Below the pieces are notes generated by a model. The model was given only the letters and a program-made list of their open reading frames with translations. It did not search any database and was not told where the DNA came from. A program made the position numbers and the translations under genes. A stretch of DNA of 64,000 bases from Nitrospirota bacterium (GTDB taxonomy: Bacteria > Nitrospirota > UBA9217): assembly GCA_963754875.1 (NCBI GenBank), contig CAVWHO010000021.1, forward strand, positions 64,001 through 128,000. Direction: 5' to 3'. Positions 1-10,702 of the stretch are shown here, piece by piece. Each line of letters begins with the position of its first letter. The stretch's first letter is position 1.

Positions 1-266
1 GAACCGACGATCGGCGCAGTCACTTTGATCTGGTTCGTTTTGACAGGCTCGGCCGCGCGTTGTTCCGCCTGGGCTGACGGAGTCTCGGCAACGGCAGGAG
101 CAACGATGGCGTGAGGAGGATATTCCATTCGGGGCATGGTCGGATGGAAGGTAACATCTCCGCCCTTCCGGATCCTCACTTTCACCCCGGAACGTTCGAT
201 CTCCAACTCAGAGACGTCCGTGCCCTTCAACATCTCGATTAGTTCCTTAAGTTCTTTAAGGTTCAT
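1..266 (-). CDS. accB: Acetyl-CoA carboxylase biotin carboxyl carrier protein, 5' part (runs off window)
   Basis: Manual translation from ATG at 266: MNLKELKELIEMLKGTDVSELEIERSGVKVRIRK, Pro/Ala linker, ...IKVTAPIVG; AAGGAG SD; follows efp. Confidence 0.9.
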   Translation of the reverse strand, partial: MNLKELKELIEMLKGTDVSELEIERSGVKVRIRKGGDVTFHPTMPRMEYPPHAIVAPAVAETPSAQAEQRAAEPVKTNQIKVTAPIVG

Positions 267-304
267 GATTACTCCTTCTCGGTCACGATGATGAAAGAAC
301 GGAA

Positions 305-871
305 CTACTTTTTCACACGCTCAATGAAGGTGCCCGTACGCGTGTCGATCTTTATGACATCACCCTCGTTCAGATAGAACGGAACCTTGATCACCGCGCC
401 GGATTCCACGGTCGCGGGCTTGGACCCTCCCGAGGCCGTGTCGCCGCGCACGCCCGGGTCAGTTTTTGCGATCGACAGCTCCACGAACATGGGAATGTCA
501 ATATTAATCGGTTGTCCCTTATGGTAGAGGACCTTGATTTCCATATTTTCCTTGAGGTAGTTGATGCTGTCCCCAAGTTGCTTTTCATTCAGGGACACCT
601 GCTCATAGTTCGCCGTGTCCATGAATACGCGGTCCTTGTCCGCGGCATAGAGATATTGCATGTTTTTTTCTTCCAGTTCAGGGACATCGACTTTTTCTCC
701 CGACCGGTATGTCCGGTCGATCACGTTGCCCGACTTGAGACTTTTTATCTTCGTCCTCACGAAAGCCCCGCCCTTGCCGGGCTTCACGTGTTGAAAATCG
801 ACGATTACATAGGGCTCACCGTCTATTTCGATCTTTAAACCGTTTCTGAATTCAGCTGTTGATACCGGCAC
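305..871 (-). CDS. efp: Elongation factor P
   Basis: HVKPGKGGAFVRTK, PGVRGDTA, KIDTRTG motifs. Confidence 0.98.
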   Translation of the reverse strand: MPVSTAEFRNGLKIEIDGEPYVIVDFQHVKPGKGGAFVRTKIKSLKSGNVIDRTYRSGEKVDVPELEEKNMQYLYAADKDRVFMDTANYEQVSLNEKQLGDSINYLKENMEIKVLYHKGQPINIDIPMFVELSIAKTDPGVRGDTASGGSKPATVESGAVIKVPFYLNEGDVIKIDTRTGTFIERVKK

Positions 872-978
872 CGCTGCTACCTCCCTTTCGTTATTCCAAG
901 CAAAATAGTTTGGATCTTACATCACTCATGAGTCCGCGCATACAGAGGTTACTACAAACGCGTGGACGCATCGATACG

Positions 979-2061
979 TTACGCCTTCTTTAAGATCTCC
1001 AGTTCCCTCGGCAACGAAGTCAGCACCTTCCTGCCCTGCTCCGTTACAAGGACCATGTCTTCGATCCTGACCCCTCCCCAACCGGGAATATACACGCCGG
1101 GCTCCACCGTGAACACCATGTCCTGCTCGACCTCGTCGGTTGAGAGAGGAGATACGGAAGGTCCTTCGTGCACCATCAGACCGATGCCGTGGCCCGTTCC
1201 GTGGCCAAAATGGGCTCCATGACCGGCTCTCGTGATTATTTCGCGGGCAACGGCGTCGACGACTTTGCAGCTTATGCCCGGACGGACAGACTGCATCGCC
1301 GCCTCCTGAGCCTGCAAAACCAGACCATGAATTTCTTTCTGTCGTGCCGTTGGTTTTCCAACGCAAAGCGTCCGTGTGATATCGCAGTAATAGCCGTCCG
1401 CCTCTGCGCCGAAGTCGATGGTTACGAGATCGCCGTTCCTGAGGCGGCGGTTCGACACCGAGGCATGGGGCATGGCGCCGTTCCCTGCCGATGCCACAAT
1501 CGTATCAAAGGCCGCCTTGCGCGCGCCTTTCTCGCGCATCAGGAATTCGAGAGTGAGCCCCAGTTCCCGCTCCGCTGCTCCCGGCTTAACGTATCGCAAC
1601 AATTCCTGGAATGAGCTTTCTGCGCGCCTGATGGCTTTGCGGAGGGAAGCGAGTTCGTCACGGTCTTTCCGCATTCTCAAGGGCCTGAGCAGTTCCCGAT
1701 GCCCGCGGAGTTTGAGCCCGAGCTTCTGCAGTTTCTTCAGTTCTTCGATCGTGAGCGCAGATTCTTCGAACCAGAGGGTCTTCATGCCCTGGTCGAACGC
1801 AACGTCACGAAGGGCGGAAAAAAAATCTTTCTTTTGGATCACTACGTCAACATCCGAAGTCTCTTTACTCGTCTGGAGCTTGTACCGGAAATCCGTTATC
1901 AAGAATGGTTTGCCGAACCCGATCAGGAGAGAACCAGCTGAACCGGTGAAGCCGCTCAGGTAACGTACGTCCTCGCGGCGCGTAACGAGCAACGCCTCGA
2001 TGTTGCCCGATTTCATGAGTTTTCTGAGCCGGGAAATTCGCGTTTGTGTCGGCCGCATCAT
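979..2061 (-). CDS. Xaa-Pro dipeptidase / M24 aminopeptidase P family
   Basis: [39 protein letters not shown]. Confidence 0.95.
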   Translation of the reverse strand: MMRPTQTRISRLRKLMKSGNIEALLVTRREDVRYLSGFTGSAGSLLIGFGKPFLITDFRYKLQTSKETSDVDVVIQKKDFFSALRDVAFDQGMKTLWFEESALTIEELKKLQKLGLKLRGHRELLRPLRMRKDRDELASLRKAIRRAESSFQELLRYVKPGAAERELGLTLEFLMREKGARKAAFDTIVASAGNGAMPHASVSNRRLRNGDLVTIDFGAEADGYYCDITRTLCVGKPTARQKEIHGLVLQAQEAAMQSVRPGISCKVVDAVAREIITRAGHGAHFGHGTGHGIGLMVHEGPSVSPLSTDEVEQDMVFTVEPGVYIPGWGGVRIEDMVLVTEQGRKVLTSLPRELEILKKA

Positions 2062-2510
2062 TTCGTGCTCTTCCCGCCTGCTGTAACCAATCCTACTGCG
2101 GCTCTGACCGCAAGAAGATAGCTCTCCGGTCCAAACCCCGTGATCTGGCCGGCAGCCACACCGGAGATATAGGAATGTTTTCGGAATTCTTCGCGCTTAT
2201 AGATGTTGGAGATGTGTGTTTCCACCGTCGGGATGCCTGTCGATGAGATGGCATCCCGCAGAGCAACACTCGTATGCGTGTAGGCCCCGGGGTTGATCAC
2301 GAGGGCCTGGTACATGCCCATAGCGTCCTGGATTTTCTGCACCAGTTCCCCTTCATGGTTCGACTGGAAAAAGGCCACTTCTACGCCGAGTTCCGCGGCA
2401 AGGGCGGTGATCCGATTGTTAATGTCATCGAGCGTCACGGAACCGTAGATATCGGGCTCACGTTTTCCAAGGAGATTCAGGTTGGGCCCGTTCATGACCA
2501 AGATTTTCAT
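2058..2510 (-). CDS. aroQ: Type II 3-dehydroquinate dehydratase
   Basis: [33 protein letters not shown]. Confidence 0.98.
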   Translation of the reverse strand: MKILVMNGPNLNLLGKREPDIYGSVTLDDINNRITALAAELGVEVAFFQSNHEGELVQKIQDAMGMYQALVINPGAYTHTSVALRDAISSTGIPTVETHISNIYKREEFRKHSYISGVAAGQITGFGPESYLLAVRAAVGLVTAGGKSTK

Positions 2511-2585
2511 GAAACCCCCATAGAAAATAAAAAACTGCCTGAGGCAGTTTCCTGTACAAACAGCAAAAAAGACATAACGTTTCCT

Positions 2586-2942
2586 TCAAAACTCTTTCAA
2601 CAGTTTGGGCACGGACATCCTGAGGAGGAACCTTCCCTTCCCGAAATTACCTTCAGGTTTGATTATTAAAACAAAAAAGTACTCGTCATTCAATCTCCGG
2701 AGCATGATCATGGCGATGTCCGTAATGACCGTCACTTCCTTGGTTGTTCCCATCTGTGCAGCCTGCGAGCCTTTTTCAATTTCCTTGAGAAGTGCGGAAT
2801 ACTCTACGGTCATGGATTGGATATCCATGTCCTTATTTACTGAATATTCTTCGACCGGGATTCCGTCCAAGCCGACGATGAGAGCGCCGAGCGCCCCCTC
2901 GGTACCGTTCACGACCTCTTGCAGGATGTCGGCAAAGGACAT
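2586..2942 (-). CDS. Roadblock/LC7 domain protein (MglB/MglC-like)
   Basis: 118 aa; GALGALIVGLDGIPV and GNFGKGRFLLR motifs. Confidence 0.85.
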   Translation of the reverse strand: MSFADILQEVVNGTEGALGALIVGLDGIPVEEYSVNKDMDIQSMTVEYSALLKEIEKGSQAAQMGTTKEVTVITDIAMIMLRRLNDEYFFVLIIKPEGNFGKGRFLLRMSVPKLLKEF

Positions 2943-2945
2943 TCG

Positions 2946-4604
2946 TTATCTCTCCTTTTTGATGTTGCTCAGCCAATGTTCCAGCCGGTCGATTGTCGCC
3001 TTGTTCACTGCGGCGCCCGACTTCGGTGCAGGACGGACCGTATCCTCTTGTGCCGGCGGCTGCAGAGCCGACGGAGGAATATATTCACGGGGCTCGAAAT
3101 CGGCGTATTGCGGTATAGGCCTGGCCTTTTCCTCCCGTGGAGGCATGAATATTTCATCGGCAGCCGTTCCTTCGGCTGCAGGTCCCGTCAATTCCTCCGG
3201 TTTATTCTCCGGTCGGTACTCCTGAGGCTCTGCGAAAATATCTCTTTCTAATTTTTTGGCAGGCTCATAAGATGACGTCAGATCTTTCTGTGGGTCGACG
3301 TACAGCTCTGCATCAAGCGTGATTTCTTCCTCTTGACTCTCAACAGGAGGCACGTACTCTTTCGGTTCAGTAAACAATGCCGCTTCTTCCGTGGATTCCG
3401 GCGCGGTCTTTTCTTCCGCAGCCGGGGTAAGCACTTCCTCGGACACGGCTATTGCCATTGCCTTTACCCGCTCCAGTTTGTCCTTCAGACCGCGGCTGTT
3501 GGGGTTATCTGCCAGCATCCGCTGATAGATATCAATAGCTTTTTCAAAGAACCCTTGAGCGATGTAGAGTTCGGCAAGTGTGTCCGTGGTAAAATCATCA
3601 GCTCCCGTTTGGTCAAATGCGTGTTCTTCTCCGGGAGGTGCCGGTTCGGGCTCTTCTCCGATCACCGCATTTGAATCAGGAATGTTTATCTCCTCAGTTT
3701 TCGCCTCGGCAGATACCGGCTCTTCCAAAAAAGTACTGGAAAACGCCGGGACGGCATCGGCCTGTTCCTCTGCGGGATTTATTTCAAAAACTTTTTCCGA
3801 AAAGAAGTCGATCTCCGAAGACGCTGGGGCCGGCAAAGGAGCCTTCTCATCAAGCGGCTCAATCACGAATACTTCTTCCGCTTCTTCCTGCTCGCCGACC
3901 GGTGAGGCAGGTTGCTGAGCCGCGTCAGGGGGCCGCTCGTTCAACTGCGTTGATTCATCCAGCAGCGCTGCAACCGGTTTCTCCACTACCGGTTCGTTTT
4001 CACCCTGTACAGGAACAGCATCCGGCGTGTGTACCGGTGAAGCCTCAGACGTCGGCTCCTCTGCTGCAGGAGCGGGAGATGACGAAGACAACGGCGGCGA
4101 TGTCCCTGCTGATGATTGCATCGGTTCTGGAGGATACGAAACAGCCTTGTCAGGTGAGGTCCGGGGGGTCTGCGGCACAACGACTGCACCGGTGTCAACT
4201 CCGGCCTCCAGGTCTGAAATGAGCGAAGCAACCTCCGCATCACTGGGATTAAGTGCAAGCGCTATTTTGTAATGTTTGAGCGCTTCCTTCTGCCTGTTCT
4301 GCAGAAGATGCAGGTCGCCCAGTTTTCTCTGTGCAAGCAGGTTGTCGGGGATCGTTTTTACAACCTCTTCAAATTCTTTCTGAGATGCTGCAAAATCTCC
4401 CTGCCCCAGCAGCAGTCTGCCGAGGAAAGATCGAGCGGTCACATATCCCGGATTGATTTTGAGCCCCTCCGAAAGCACATGGATCGCCATCTCAATGTCC
4501 CCGATTTTTTTGTACTCTTCTGCAAGCGGCACAAAAAGTTTTGACTTGGGGTCTTTAGAGATACGCTCCGTTAATTTGGCTATTTCGGAGGAGTCTTTTG
4601 CCAT
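2946..4604 (-). CDS. TPR protein with long acidic Pro-rich linker
   Basis: N-terminal TPRs, internal TTDTLAELYIAQG TPR, C-terminal LEHWLSNI helix; start moved to 4604 because a promoter occupies 4639-4668. Confidence 0.85.
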   Translation of the reverse strand: MAKDSSEIAKLTERISKDPKSKLFVPLAEEYKKIGDIEMAIHVLSEGLKINPGYVTARSFLGRLLLGQGDFAASQKEFEEVVKTIPDNLLAQRKLGDLHLLQNRQKEALKHYKIALALNPSDAEVASLISDLEAGVDTGAVVVPQTPRTSPDKAVSYPPEPMQSSAGTSPPLSSSSPAPAAEEPTSEASPVHTPDAVPVQGENEPVVEKPVAALLDESTQLNERPPDAAQQPASPVGEQEEAEEVFVIEPLDEKAPLPAPASSEIDFFSEKVFEINPAEEQADAVPAFSSTFLEEPVSAEAKTEEINIPDSNAVIGEEPEPAPPGEEHAFDQTGADDFTTDTLAELYIAQGFFEKAIDIYQRMLADNPNSRGLKDKLERVKAMAIAVSEEVLTPAAEEKTAPESTEEAALFTEPKEYVPPVESQEEEITLDAELYVDPQKDLTSSYEPAKKLERDIFAEPQEYRPENKPEELTGPAAEGTAADEIFMPPREEKARPIPQYADFEPREYIPPSALQPPAQEDTVRPAPKSGAAVNKATIDRLEHWLSNIKKER

Positions 4605-4638
4605 GATTTTTCTTGTGTTATCAAATTGATGCAAAAAA

Positions 4639-4668
4639 ATTTTACCAAAAACAAGGGTTAAAAGTCAA
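4639..4668 (-). promoter_or_regulatory. Sigma70-type promoter for the TPR-roadblock-aroQ operon
   Basis: TTGACT-N18-TAAAAT on minus strand. Confidence 0.55.
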
Positions 4669-4938
4669 GGTAATACTTTCTACACGGTACTCCATTATTC
4701 CCGAGTTCGTTCATAAGTATTACAAATATTTTTTGTTTCATGCGTTTTCCCCTTGTTAGGAGAGCCGAATCTTTATATTTCTACCCACGACTCCTGGATA
4801 AGGGTGTCTCGTCATGTGTGAATACGAGGCGTACTTCGATATGAAATAAGATGGCAAAACTTTGTACGTGACGGGCCATTGCAGACGGCTGGCAGTATCG
4901 ATTGCCGACGGCAAGTGAGAATTAGAATGTCTATCAAT

Positions 4939-5481
4939 TTAATTGGCGTTGCAAACGTCGGCGCCGCGTCTGAGGGCATTTTCGTTCAAGGGGATCAAAG
5001 AATGTCTCCGGGCGGGCAGCACCTGTTTCAGTGCGGCAAGCACTGAATCAAGAGCAACCACTCCCGTCTTTTTCAGGAGTGCTCCAAGCATCACCATATT
5101 TGCTATGCGGATATCGCCAAGGTTTTCGGCAATATCATTCGCCTTGATATCAATCCGGGAAATATCCGATCGAGACGATGCAGCCTGGACGAGCGAGGTG
5201 TTTAAAAAAAGCTGCCCCCCCTGTTTGATTCTTGTCTCGAACTTCTTGAATGATGCCTCGTTAAAGATGACCATGGCCGAAGGATTTCGCACCACCGGTG
5301 ATCCGATTTCATCATCAGATATGATCACCGTACAGTTTGCCGTTCCTCCGCGGATCTCCGCCCCATAGGACGGGAACCATGTCACATGCTTGCCTTCGAG
5401 CATGCCGGCATATGCCAGCAGTTTGCCTGCGACGAGAACACCCTGGCCTCCAAAGCCCGCAATCATCACGTCCTGATACAT
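4939..5481 (-). CDS. 2-oxoacid:acceptor oxidoreductase gamma subunit
   Basis: AGFGGQGV, PSYGAEIRGGTANC, ANMVMLGA. Confidence 0.93.
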   Translation of the reverse strand: MYQDVMIAGFGGQGVLVAGKLLAYAGMLEGKHVTWFPSYGAEIRGGTANCTVIISDDEIGSPVVRNPSAMVIFNEASFKKFETRIKQGGQLFLNTSLVQAASSRSDISRIDIKANDIAENLGDIRIANMVMLGALLKKTGVVALDSVLAALKQVLPARRHSLIPLNENALRRGADVCNAN

Positions 5482-5483
5482 GT

Positions 5484-6263
5484 TTACTCAACCCCCCTGG
5501 TTGCTGAGCTTTTGCCTCCTGGCTTGTGCCCTTCGTCTTTATACACTCCCAAAGGATAATATTTCATCATGCTATTTCGCACCCATTCTACAGCCTGGTT
5601 CGGCGTCAGTCCCCAATCGGTCGGGCACATCGAAAGTGCTTCCACGAAAGAGAAACCGCGCCCCTCAATCTGGTTCCTAAAAGCTTTTTGAATGGCCTTC
5701 TTAGCGGCGAGGACATTCTTCGGGCTGTCGACCGAAACGCGTTCTATATACACGGGTCCGTCCAGCGTCGCGAGCATCTCGCACACTCGAAGAGGATTAC
5801 CTGCTTGATGAACGTCCCTGCCCTTCGGTGTGGTCGTTGTCTTCTGGCCAGGTAGCGTCGTTGGGGCCATCTGACCGCCGGTCATGCCGTAGTTCCCGTT
5901 GTTGACGAAAATGACGGTAATATTCTCACCTCGAGCAGCTGCGTGGACGATCTCTGCCGTGCCGATAGCGGCAAGGTCACCGTCACCCTGGTAACTGAAG
6001 ATCACGGCGTCAGGTCTCGATCGCTTCATCCCGGTGGCGATCGCCGGCGGCCTTCCATGCGGGACTTCAATCATATCGATGTCAAAGTAGTCGTATGCAA
6101 AGACGGCGCAACCTACCGGCGCTATACCGATAGTCTGGTCGCGGACGCCGAGGAAATCGATCGTCTCGGCAACGATCCGGTGAAGCACACCATGGCTGCA
6201 TCCCGGGCAATAACGGAATGGTTTGGCTTTGAGAGAAGTCGGCCTCGAAAATACTTTATTCAT
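5484..6263 (-). CDS. 2-oxoacid:acceptor oxidoreductase beta (TPP-binding) subunit
   Basis: YCPGCSHG, GDGD, NNGNYGMTGGQMAPT, CPT motifs. Confidence 0.93.
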   Translation of the reverse strand: MNKVFSRPTSLKAKPFRYCPGCSHGVLHRIVAETIDFLGVRDQTIGIAPVGCAVFAYDYFDIDMIEVPHGRPPAIATGMKRSRPDAVIFSYQGDGDLAAIGTAEIVHAAARGENITVIFVNNGNYGMTGGQMAPTTLPGQKTTTTPKGRDVHQAGNPLRVCEMLATLDGPVYIERVSVDSPKNVLAAKKAIQKAFRNQIEGRGFSFVEALSMCPTDWGLTPNQAVEWVRNSMMKYYPLGVYKDEGHKPGGKSSATRGVE

Positions 6264-6286
6264 GATCACCTTCCGACAAAAATTGC

Positions 6287-6316
6287 TTGACAATCAACCC
6301 TGTAGTCTGTTATGTT
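6287..6316 (+). promoter_or_regulatory. Sigma70-type promoter for tRNA-Phe
   Basis: TTGACA-N18-TATGTT with TGn extension. Confidence 0.55.
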
Positions 6317-6344
6317 ATCGTCCTGTTTGAGCTGACCACGTTAT

Positions 6345-6420
6345 GCCGAGGTAGCTCAGTTGGTAGAGCAGAGGCCTGAAAAGCCTCGTGTCCGCAGTTC
6401 GATTCTGCGCCTCGGCACCA
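6345..6420 (+). tRNA. tRNA-Phe (GAA)
   Basis: 76-nt cloverleaf: acceptor GCCGAGG/CCTCGGC, D arm GCTC/GAGC, anticodon arm GAGGC-CTGAAAA-GCCTC, T arm CGCAG-TTCGATT-CTGCG, encoded CCA. Confidence 0.98.
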
Positions 6421-6430
6421 TTCCTCTTTT

Positions 6431-6454
6431 ATTCCGCATTCCGAAATCCGCATT
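6431..6454. repeat. Short degenerate heptamer tandem repeat
   Basis: ATTCCGC ATTCCGA AATCCGC ATT between tRNA and purF. Confidence 0.6.
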
Positions 6455-6457
6455 GTT

Positions 6458-7855
6458 TCATTCTTTATCAAACAAGCCGAGCTGCAACATCTTTTCACCG
6501 GGGAAAGGAACCGGATATTCGCCGTCGAAGCAGGCAGCGCAGAAATTCACCGGGAACGGGACTACCTTCTGAATTCCTTCCATACTGATGTAACCGAGCG
6601 TATCGGCGGTAATATATTTCCTGATCTCCTCGATGCTGTGAGAAGAAGCAATGAGTTCCTGGCGGGTCGGCATATCAATGCCGTAGAAACAAGGATAGGA
6701 CGTCGGCGGCGAGCTGATGCGCAAATGGACTTCTGCGGCTCCCGCATTCCGGATCATTTTAATGATCTTTTTGCTCGTCGTACCGCGCACGATGGAGTCG
6801 TCCACAACAACGACCCGCTTTCCTCTGAGCGCATCTTTCACCGGATTGAGTTTTATCTTGACGCCGAAGTGCCTGATGCTCTGCTGCGGTTCGATAAAGG
6901 TACGACCCACGTAATGGTTCCTGATCAGGCCCGTATCAAAGGGAAGTCCCGCCTCTTCGGCGTACCCCAGGGCTGCGGGAACGCCTGAGTCCGGCACCGG
7001 AATGACGACATCGGCAGGAACGCCGGTTTCCCGGGCAAGCTGCCTGCCGAACTCTTTCCGGATTGAATAGACGTTCTGGCCGAAGACCATACTATCAGGC
7101 CTGGCAAAGTAGATAAATTCAAAAATGCAGTGGGATGGCTTGGCGGGTTTGAACGGGAACGTGGACTGAATTCCTTTGCTGCTGATTACGACCATCTCGC
7201 CGGGCGCAATATCGCGGATATATGTCGCTTCGATGAGGTCAAAGGCACAGGTCTCCGACGCAACGACATAAGCGCCGTCCAATTCCGCCAGCGAGAACGG
7301 CCTGAACCCGTTCGGATCGCGGACCGCGATCAACTCGTCTTCCGTGATGAGCAGGAGGCTGTAGGAACCCTGAACATGGCTGAGGGCGTCCACGATCCGT
7401 TCATGCAGGGTAGCGGCCCGGGACTGGGCGATCAGATGCACAATCACTTCAGTGTCGGTCGTGGTCACAAATATCGAACCGTAAGCTTCCAGCTCGTCTT
7501 TGAGAATTCCGGCGTTCACCAGGTTACCGTTGTGAGCCACGGCGAGGCCCCCGAGCGCGAAGTTGACTAAGATCGGCTGGATATTGAATGCAAAGCTGCC
7601 CCCCGCTGTCGAATAGCGATTATGCCCGATGGCCGTATGACCGGGGAGCTTCTTGATCCGTTCTTCATTGAAGATGTCGGCTACAAGACCCATGGACTTC
7701 TCGCCGTAAAGCCGTTTGCCGTCGGAAGATACGATCCCCGCAGACTCCTGACCTCGGTGCTGAAGCGCGTAGAGACCAAGGTACGTAAGGTTCGCCGCGT
7801 CCGGATGGCCGAAAACGCCGAATACGCCGCATTCTTCATGAAGTTCGTCAAACAT
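6458..7855 (-). CDS. purF: Amidophosphoribosyltransferase
   Basis: Propeptide + [24 protein letters not shown]. Confidence 0.98.
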   Translation of the reverse strand: MFDELHEECGVFGVFGHPDAANLTYLGLYALQHRGQESAGIVSSDGKRLYGEKSMGLVADIFNEERIKKLPGHTAIGHNRYSTAGGSFAFNIQPILVNFALGGLAVAHNGNLVNAGILKDELEAYGSIFVTTTDTEVIVHLIAQSRAATLHERIVDALSHVQGSYSLLLITEDELIAVRDPNGFRPFSLAELDGAYVVASETCAFDLIEATYIRDIAPGEMVVISSKGIQSTFPFKPAKPSHCIFEFIYFARPDSMVFGQNVYSIRKEFGRQLARETGVPADVVIPVPDSGVPAALGYAEEAGLPFDTGLIRNHYVGRTFIEPQQSIRHFGVKIKLNPVKDALRGKRVVVVDDSIVRGTTSKKIIKMIRNAGAAEVHLRISSPPTSYPCFYGIDMPTRQELIASSHSIEEIRKYITADTLGYISMEGIQKVVPFPVNFCAACFDGEYPVPFPGEKMLQLGLFDKE

Positions 7856-7860
7856 AACTC

Positions 7861-9162
7861 TTATACCTTCTTTTTAAAAACCCGCTTGAAAATATAGTCA
7901 ACTTTCTTGAGCGTGTGCGACAGGTCGAAGCAGTCATCGATTTCGCGGCTGCTCAAATACTTTCGGATATCCCGGTCATTCTGCAGACGCTGCTTGAAAT
8001 CCCCGCCCTGCTTCCAGACTTCCATGGCATTCCGCTGCACATAGGCATATGCTGTTTCGCGTGAAAGTCCCTTTCCCACCAAGGCAAGCATGACGGTCTC
8101 CGAATGGAAAAGACCTTTCGAAAGTTGCATGTTCCGTTTCATGTTTTGGGGATAAACGAACAGTTTTCCTATCAGGCCGTTGAACCGTACCAGCATGTAA
8201 TCAATGAGAATGGTGCTGTCCGGAATGATGATCCGTTCGGCAGAGGAATGACTGATGTCCCGTTCGTGCCAGAGTGCAATGTTTTCCATGGATGCCAAGG
8301 CGTTCGCCCGGACCACCCGGGCGAGTCCTGAAAGGTTCTCGGCGGAGATAGGGTTCCGCTTGTGGGGCATGGCAGAAGAGCCTTTTTGGCCTTCGGAGAA
8401 GTACTCTTCCGCCTCGAGCACTTCGGTGCGCTGGAGATGTCGGAGTTCTATGGAAAATTTTTCGATCGACGAGGCAATAAGCGCAAGCGCTGAAAGGAAT
8501 TCCGCGTGCCGGTCACGCTGCACTACTTGGGTCGCAACTGGTTCCGGCTTGAGCCCCAGTTTGCGGCAGACGTAGGTTTCAACAAATGGATCGATGTTGG
8601 CAAAGGTCCCGACGGCCCCGGACATCTTGCCAACGCTGATCACGTCACGGGCCCGTTTCATCCGCTCCAGGGCACGACCCATTTCCTCGTACCAGAGCGC
8701 CATTTTGAGTCCGAAGGTGACCGGCTCGGCATGCACTCCGTGAGAGCGGCCGATCATAACAGTGTTTTTGTGCTTCTTGGCCTTCTGTTTCAGGGTGGAA
8801 AGAACACTCTGGATGTCATTGATGATGATATCCGACGCTCTGCGCATGAGCGTGGCAAGCGACGTATCGAGCACATCCGAGGACGTGAGCCCCAGGTGGA
8901 TGTAGCGTGAATCGGGGCCGACCTTTTCTCCCACGGCGGTAAGGAATGCGATGACATCGTGCTTTACGATCTTTTCAAGGGCATCGATCCGTGCGACCTT
9001 AAAATCAGCCTTTTTTTTGATAGTCGCAAGCGCTTTCGCCGGAATGAGCCCCAGTTTTGCATTCGCCTCGCATGCTGCCAGTTCAACCTCGAGCCATGAG
9101 CGGTATCTGTTCTCCGGTTCCCAGAGGCCGGCCATTTCCGGCCTGCTGTAACGAGGAATCAT
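7861..9162 (-). CDS. purB: Adenylosuccinate lyase
   Basis: [21 protein letters not shown]. Confidence 0.98.
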   Translation of the reverse strand: MIPRYSRPEMAGLWEPENRYRSWLEVELAACEANAKLGLIPAKALATIKKKADFKVARIDALEKIVKHDVIAFLTAVGEKVGPDSRYIHLGLTSSDVLDTSLATLMRRASDIIINDIQSVLSTLKQKAKKHKNTVMIGRSHGVHAEPVTFGLKMALWYEEMGRALERMKRARDVISVGKMSGAVGTFANIDPFVETYVCRKLGLKPEPVATQVVQRDRHAEFLSALALIASSIEKFSIELRHLQRTEVLEAEEYFSEGQKGSSAMPHKRNPISAENLSGLARVVRANALASMENIALWHERDISHSSAERIIIPDSTILIDYMLVRFNGLIGKLFVYPQNMKRNMQLSKGLFHSETVMLALVGKGLSRETAYAYVQRNAMEVWKQGGDFKQRLQNDRDIRKYLSSREIDDCFDLSHTLKKVDYIFKRVFKKKV

Positions 9163-9206
9163 CTAGGTCTCCTAAAAGTGGTTTCGTTCGGTTCTGCTCG
9201 TAACGT

Positions 9207-9704
9207 CTAGGACATGCTCAACTGCGAGAGCTGTTTATAGGCACCTTCATCGGGAGCAATTAAAGAAATTTTCAGACTGCGGCCGCCGGCGCCTTCGGCA
9301 ATCCCTTCACGAAACGCCGGCATGGCTCCTGCGGACAGGACTCCCGGTGCTTGAAAATATTCCATTGCCACATTTGTAACGCCGGCACCCAACACACAGG
9401 CTGCCGCTGTTTTGACGGCAGTCCTCAGCGACGATGTTGAAAAGCCCGCTTTCGTACCAAGCCCTATGAGGAATATTTTTTGTGACGGCACTTTTCCCCG
9501 CGATGTGAACAGTGCAACATCGCCGATCGCTCCAAGCAGCTTGTTCTTGATCAAGAGACTGGACAGAGCGCCGCACAGCAGCCAGTCCAGCTGCCCTGCA
9601 GCGCCCTTGAGCGGTCTGACATCCTGGAAAAAACCGACAATGAGGCCTTCAGCTTCGACTTTTTTTATGTCCTGGAGTATGACCTGCACTGTGACACCAG
9701 ACAT
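9207..9704 (-). CDS. Stand-alone M17 leucyl aminopeptidase N-terminal-like domain protein
   Basis: 165 aa; LDWLLCGALS..G..GD..L..KIFLIGLG pattern; no catalytic domain. Confidence 0.7.
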   Translation of the reverse strand: MSGVTVQVILQDIKKVEAEGLIVGFFQDVRPLKGAAGQLDWLLCGALSSLLIKNKLLGAIGDVALFTSRGKVPSQKIFLIGLGTKAGFSTSSLRTAVKTAAACVLGAGVTNVAMEYFQAPGVLSAGAMPAFREGIAEGAGGRSLKISLIAPDEGAYKQLSQLSMS

Positions 9705-9711
9705 CCTTTCA

Positions 9712-10143
9712 CTACTCCTCGATCCTGCTCTCGTCCAGTTTTCCGGTCATTCTGGCAACACGGTCCAGGATGCCGTTTACGAACGCTCCGGATTCTTCAG
9801 TCCCGTATTTCTTGGCTATTTCGATTGCTTCGTTGATTGTTACACTGGTGGGGATATCCATCCGATAGAGGATCTCATAGATCGCCATCCTGAGTACATT
9901 GCGGTCCACGACCGCCATGCGGTCCAAACTCCAGTTCTGCGCACAGTCCTGAATAAGTCCGTTGATCCTGGTGACGTATTTAAATGTTCCCTTGACGATC
10001 TCTTCGGCAAAAGCTTTGACTTCTTCGTCCGGCTGGTATTCTGCCCAGAAATGCTTCAGGACAGCAGCTGAGGGCTTCTCTTTTTTGATGTCGAGCTGAA
10101 ACAGTATCTGGAGCGCGTGCTCCCTTGCCTTGCGTCTCTTCAT
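9712..10143 (-). CDS. nusB: Transcription antitermination factor
   Basis: RRKAREHALQ, INEAIEIAKKYG, FVNGILD. Confidence 0.97.
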   Translation of the reverse strand: MKRRKAREHALQILFQLDIKKEKPSAAVLKHFWAEYQPDEEVKAFAEEIVKGTFKYVTRINGLIQDCAQNWSLDRMAVVDRNVLRMAIYEILYRMDIPTSVTINEAIEIAKKYGTEESGAFVNGILDRVARMTGKLDESRIEE

Positions 10144-10177
10144 ACCCCGCCGTCTGGCTGCCGTTTCAAATGTATCT

Positions 10178-10651
10178 TCATACGGTAAACTGCTTCATCA
10201 GATTCGCCATCTCGATGGCCGCGAGCGCAGCGTCCCAGCCTTTATTGCCGCTCTTCGTTCCCGCCCGTTCGATCGCCTGCTCTATCGTATCCGTCGTTAA
10301 CACCCCGAAAATGACCGGCAACCCTGATTCCAGGGAAACAGCTGCCACGCCTTTGCTCACTTCGGCGCTCACGTATTCGAAATGCGGTGTAGCTCCGCGG
10401 ATCACCGCACCGAGACAAATAATGGCATGGTACTTCTTCGACTGTGCCAGCACTTTCGCTGCGAGCGGGATCTCGTACGCACCGGGGACCTTGAGGATCT
10501 CGACATCGCTGTCAGCAACACCATGCCGCTGCAGCCCATCAAGGGCGCCGTCCACCAGCCTGCTTGTAATAAAGTCATTGAACCGCGCCGCAACGATCCC
10601 GAATTTGAGCCCTTTGCCGCTCAAATCTCCCTGGATTATTTTTGCCATCAA
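10178..10651 (-). CDS. ribH: 6,7-dimethyl-8-ribityllumazine synthase
   Basis: [24 protein letters not shown]. Confidence 0.98.
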   Translation of the reverse strand: MMAKIIQGDLSGKGLKFGIVAARFNDFITSRLVDGALDGLQRHGVADSDVEILKVPGAYEIPLAAKVLAQSKKYHAIICLGAVIRGATPHFEYVSAEVSKGVAAVSLESGLPVIFGVLTTDTIEQAIERAGTKSGNKGWDAALAAIEMANLMKQFTV

Positions 10652-10702
10652 TCCCTCCGTTCACTCACCGTACTTTAAGCCCGGCATTCAGAACTCTCAA
10701 CT

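Noticed and set aside
4814..4918. Possible coding remnant MCEYEAYFDMK*DGKTLYVTGH..DGK*
   Set aside because: Too short and interrupted to assign without a search
6345..6457. tRNA-Phe as an integration site
   Set aside because: No integrase and no duplicated tRNA 3' end seen; purF follows directly
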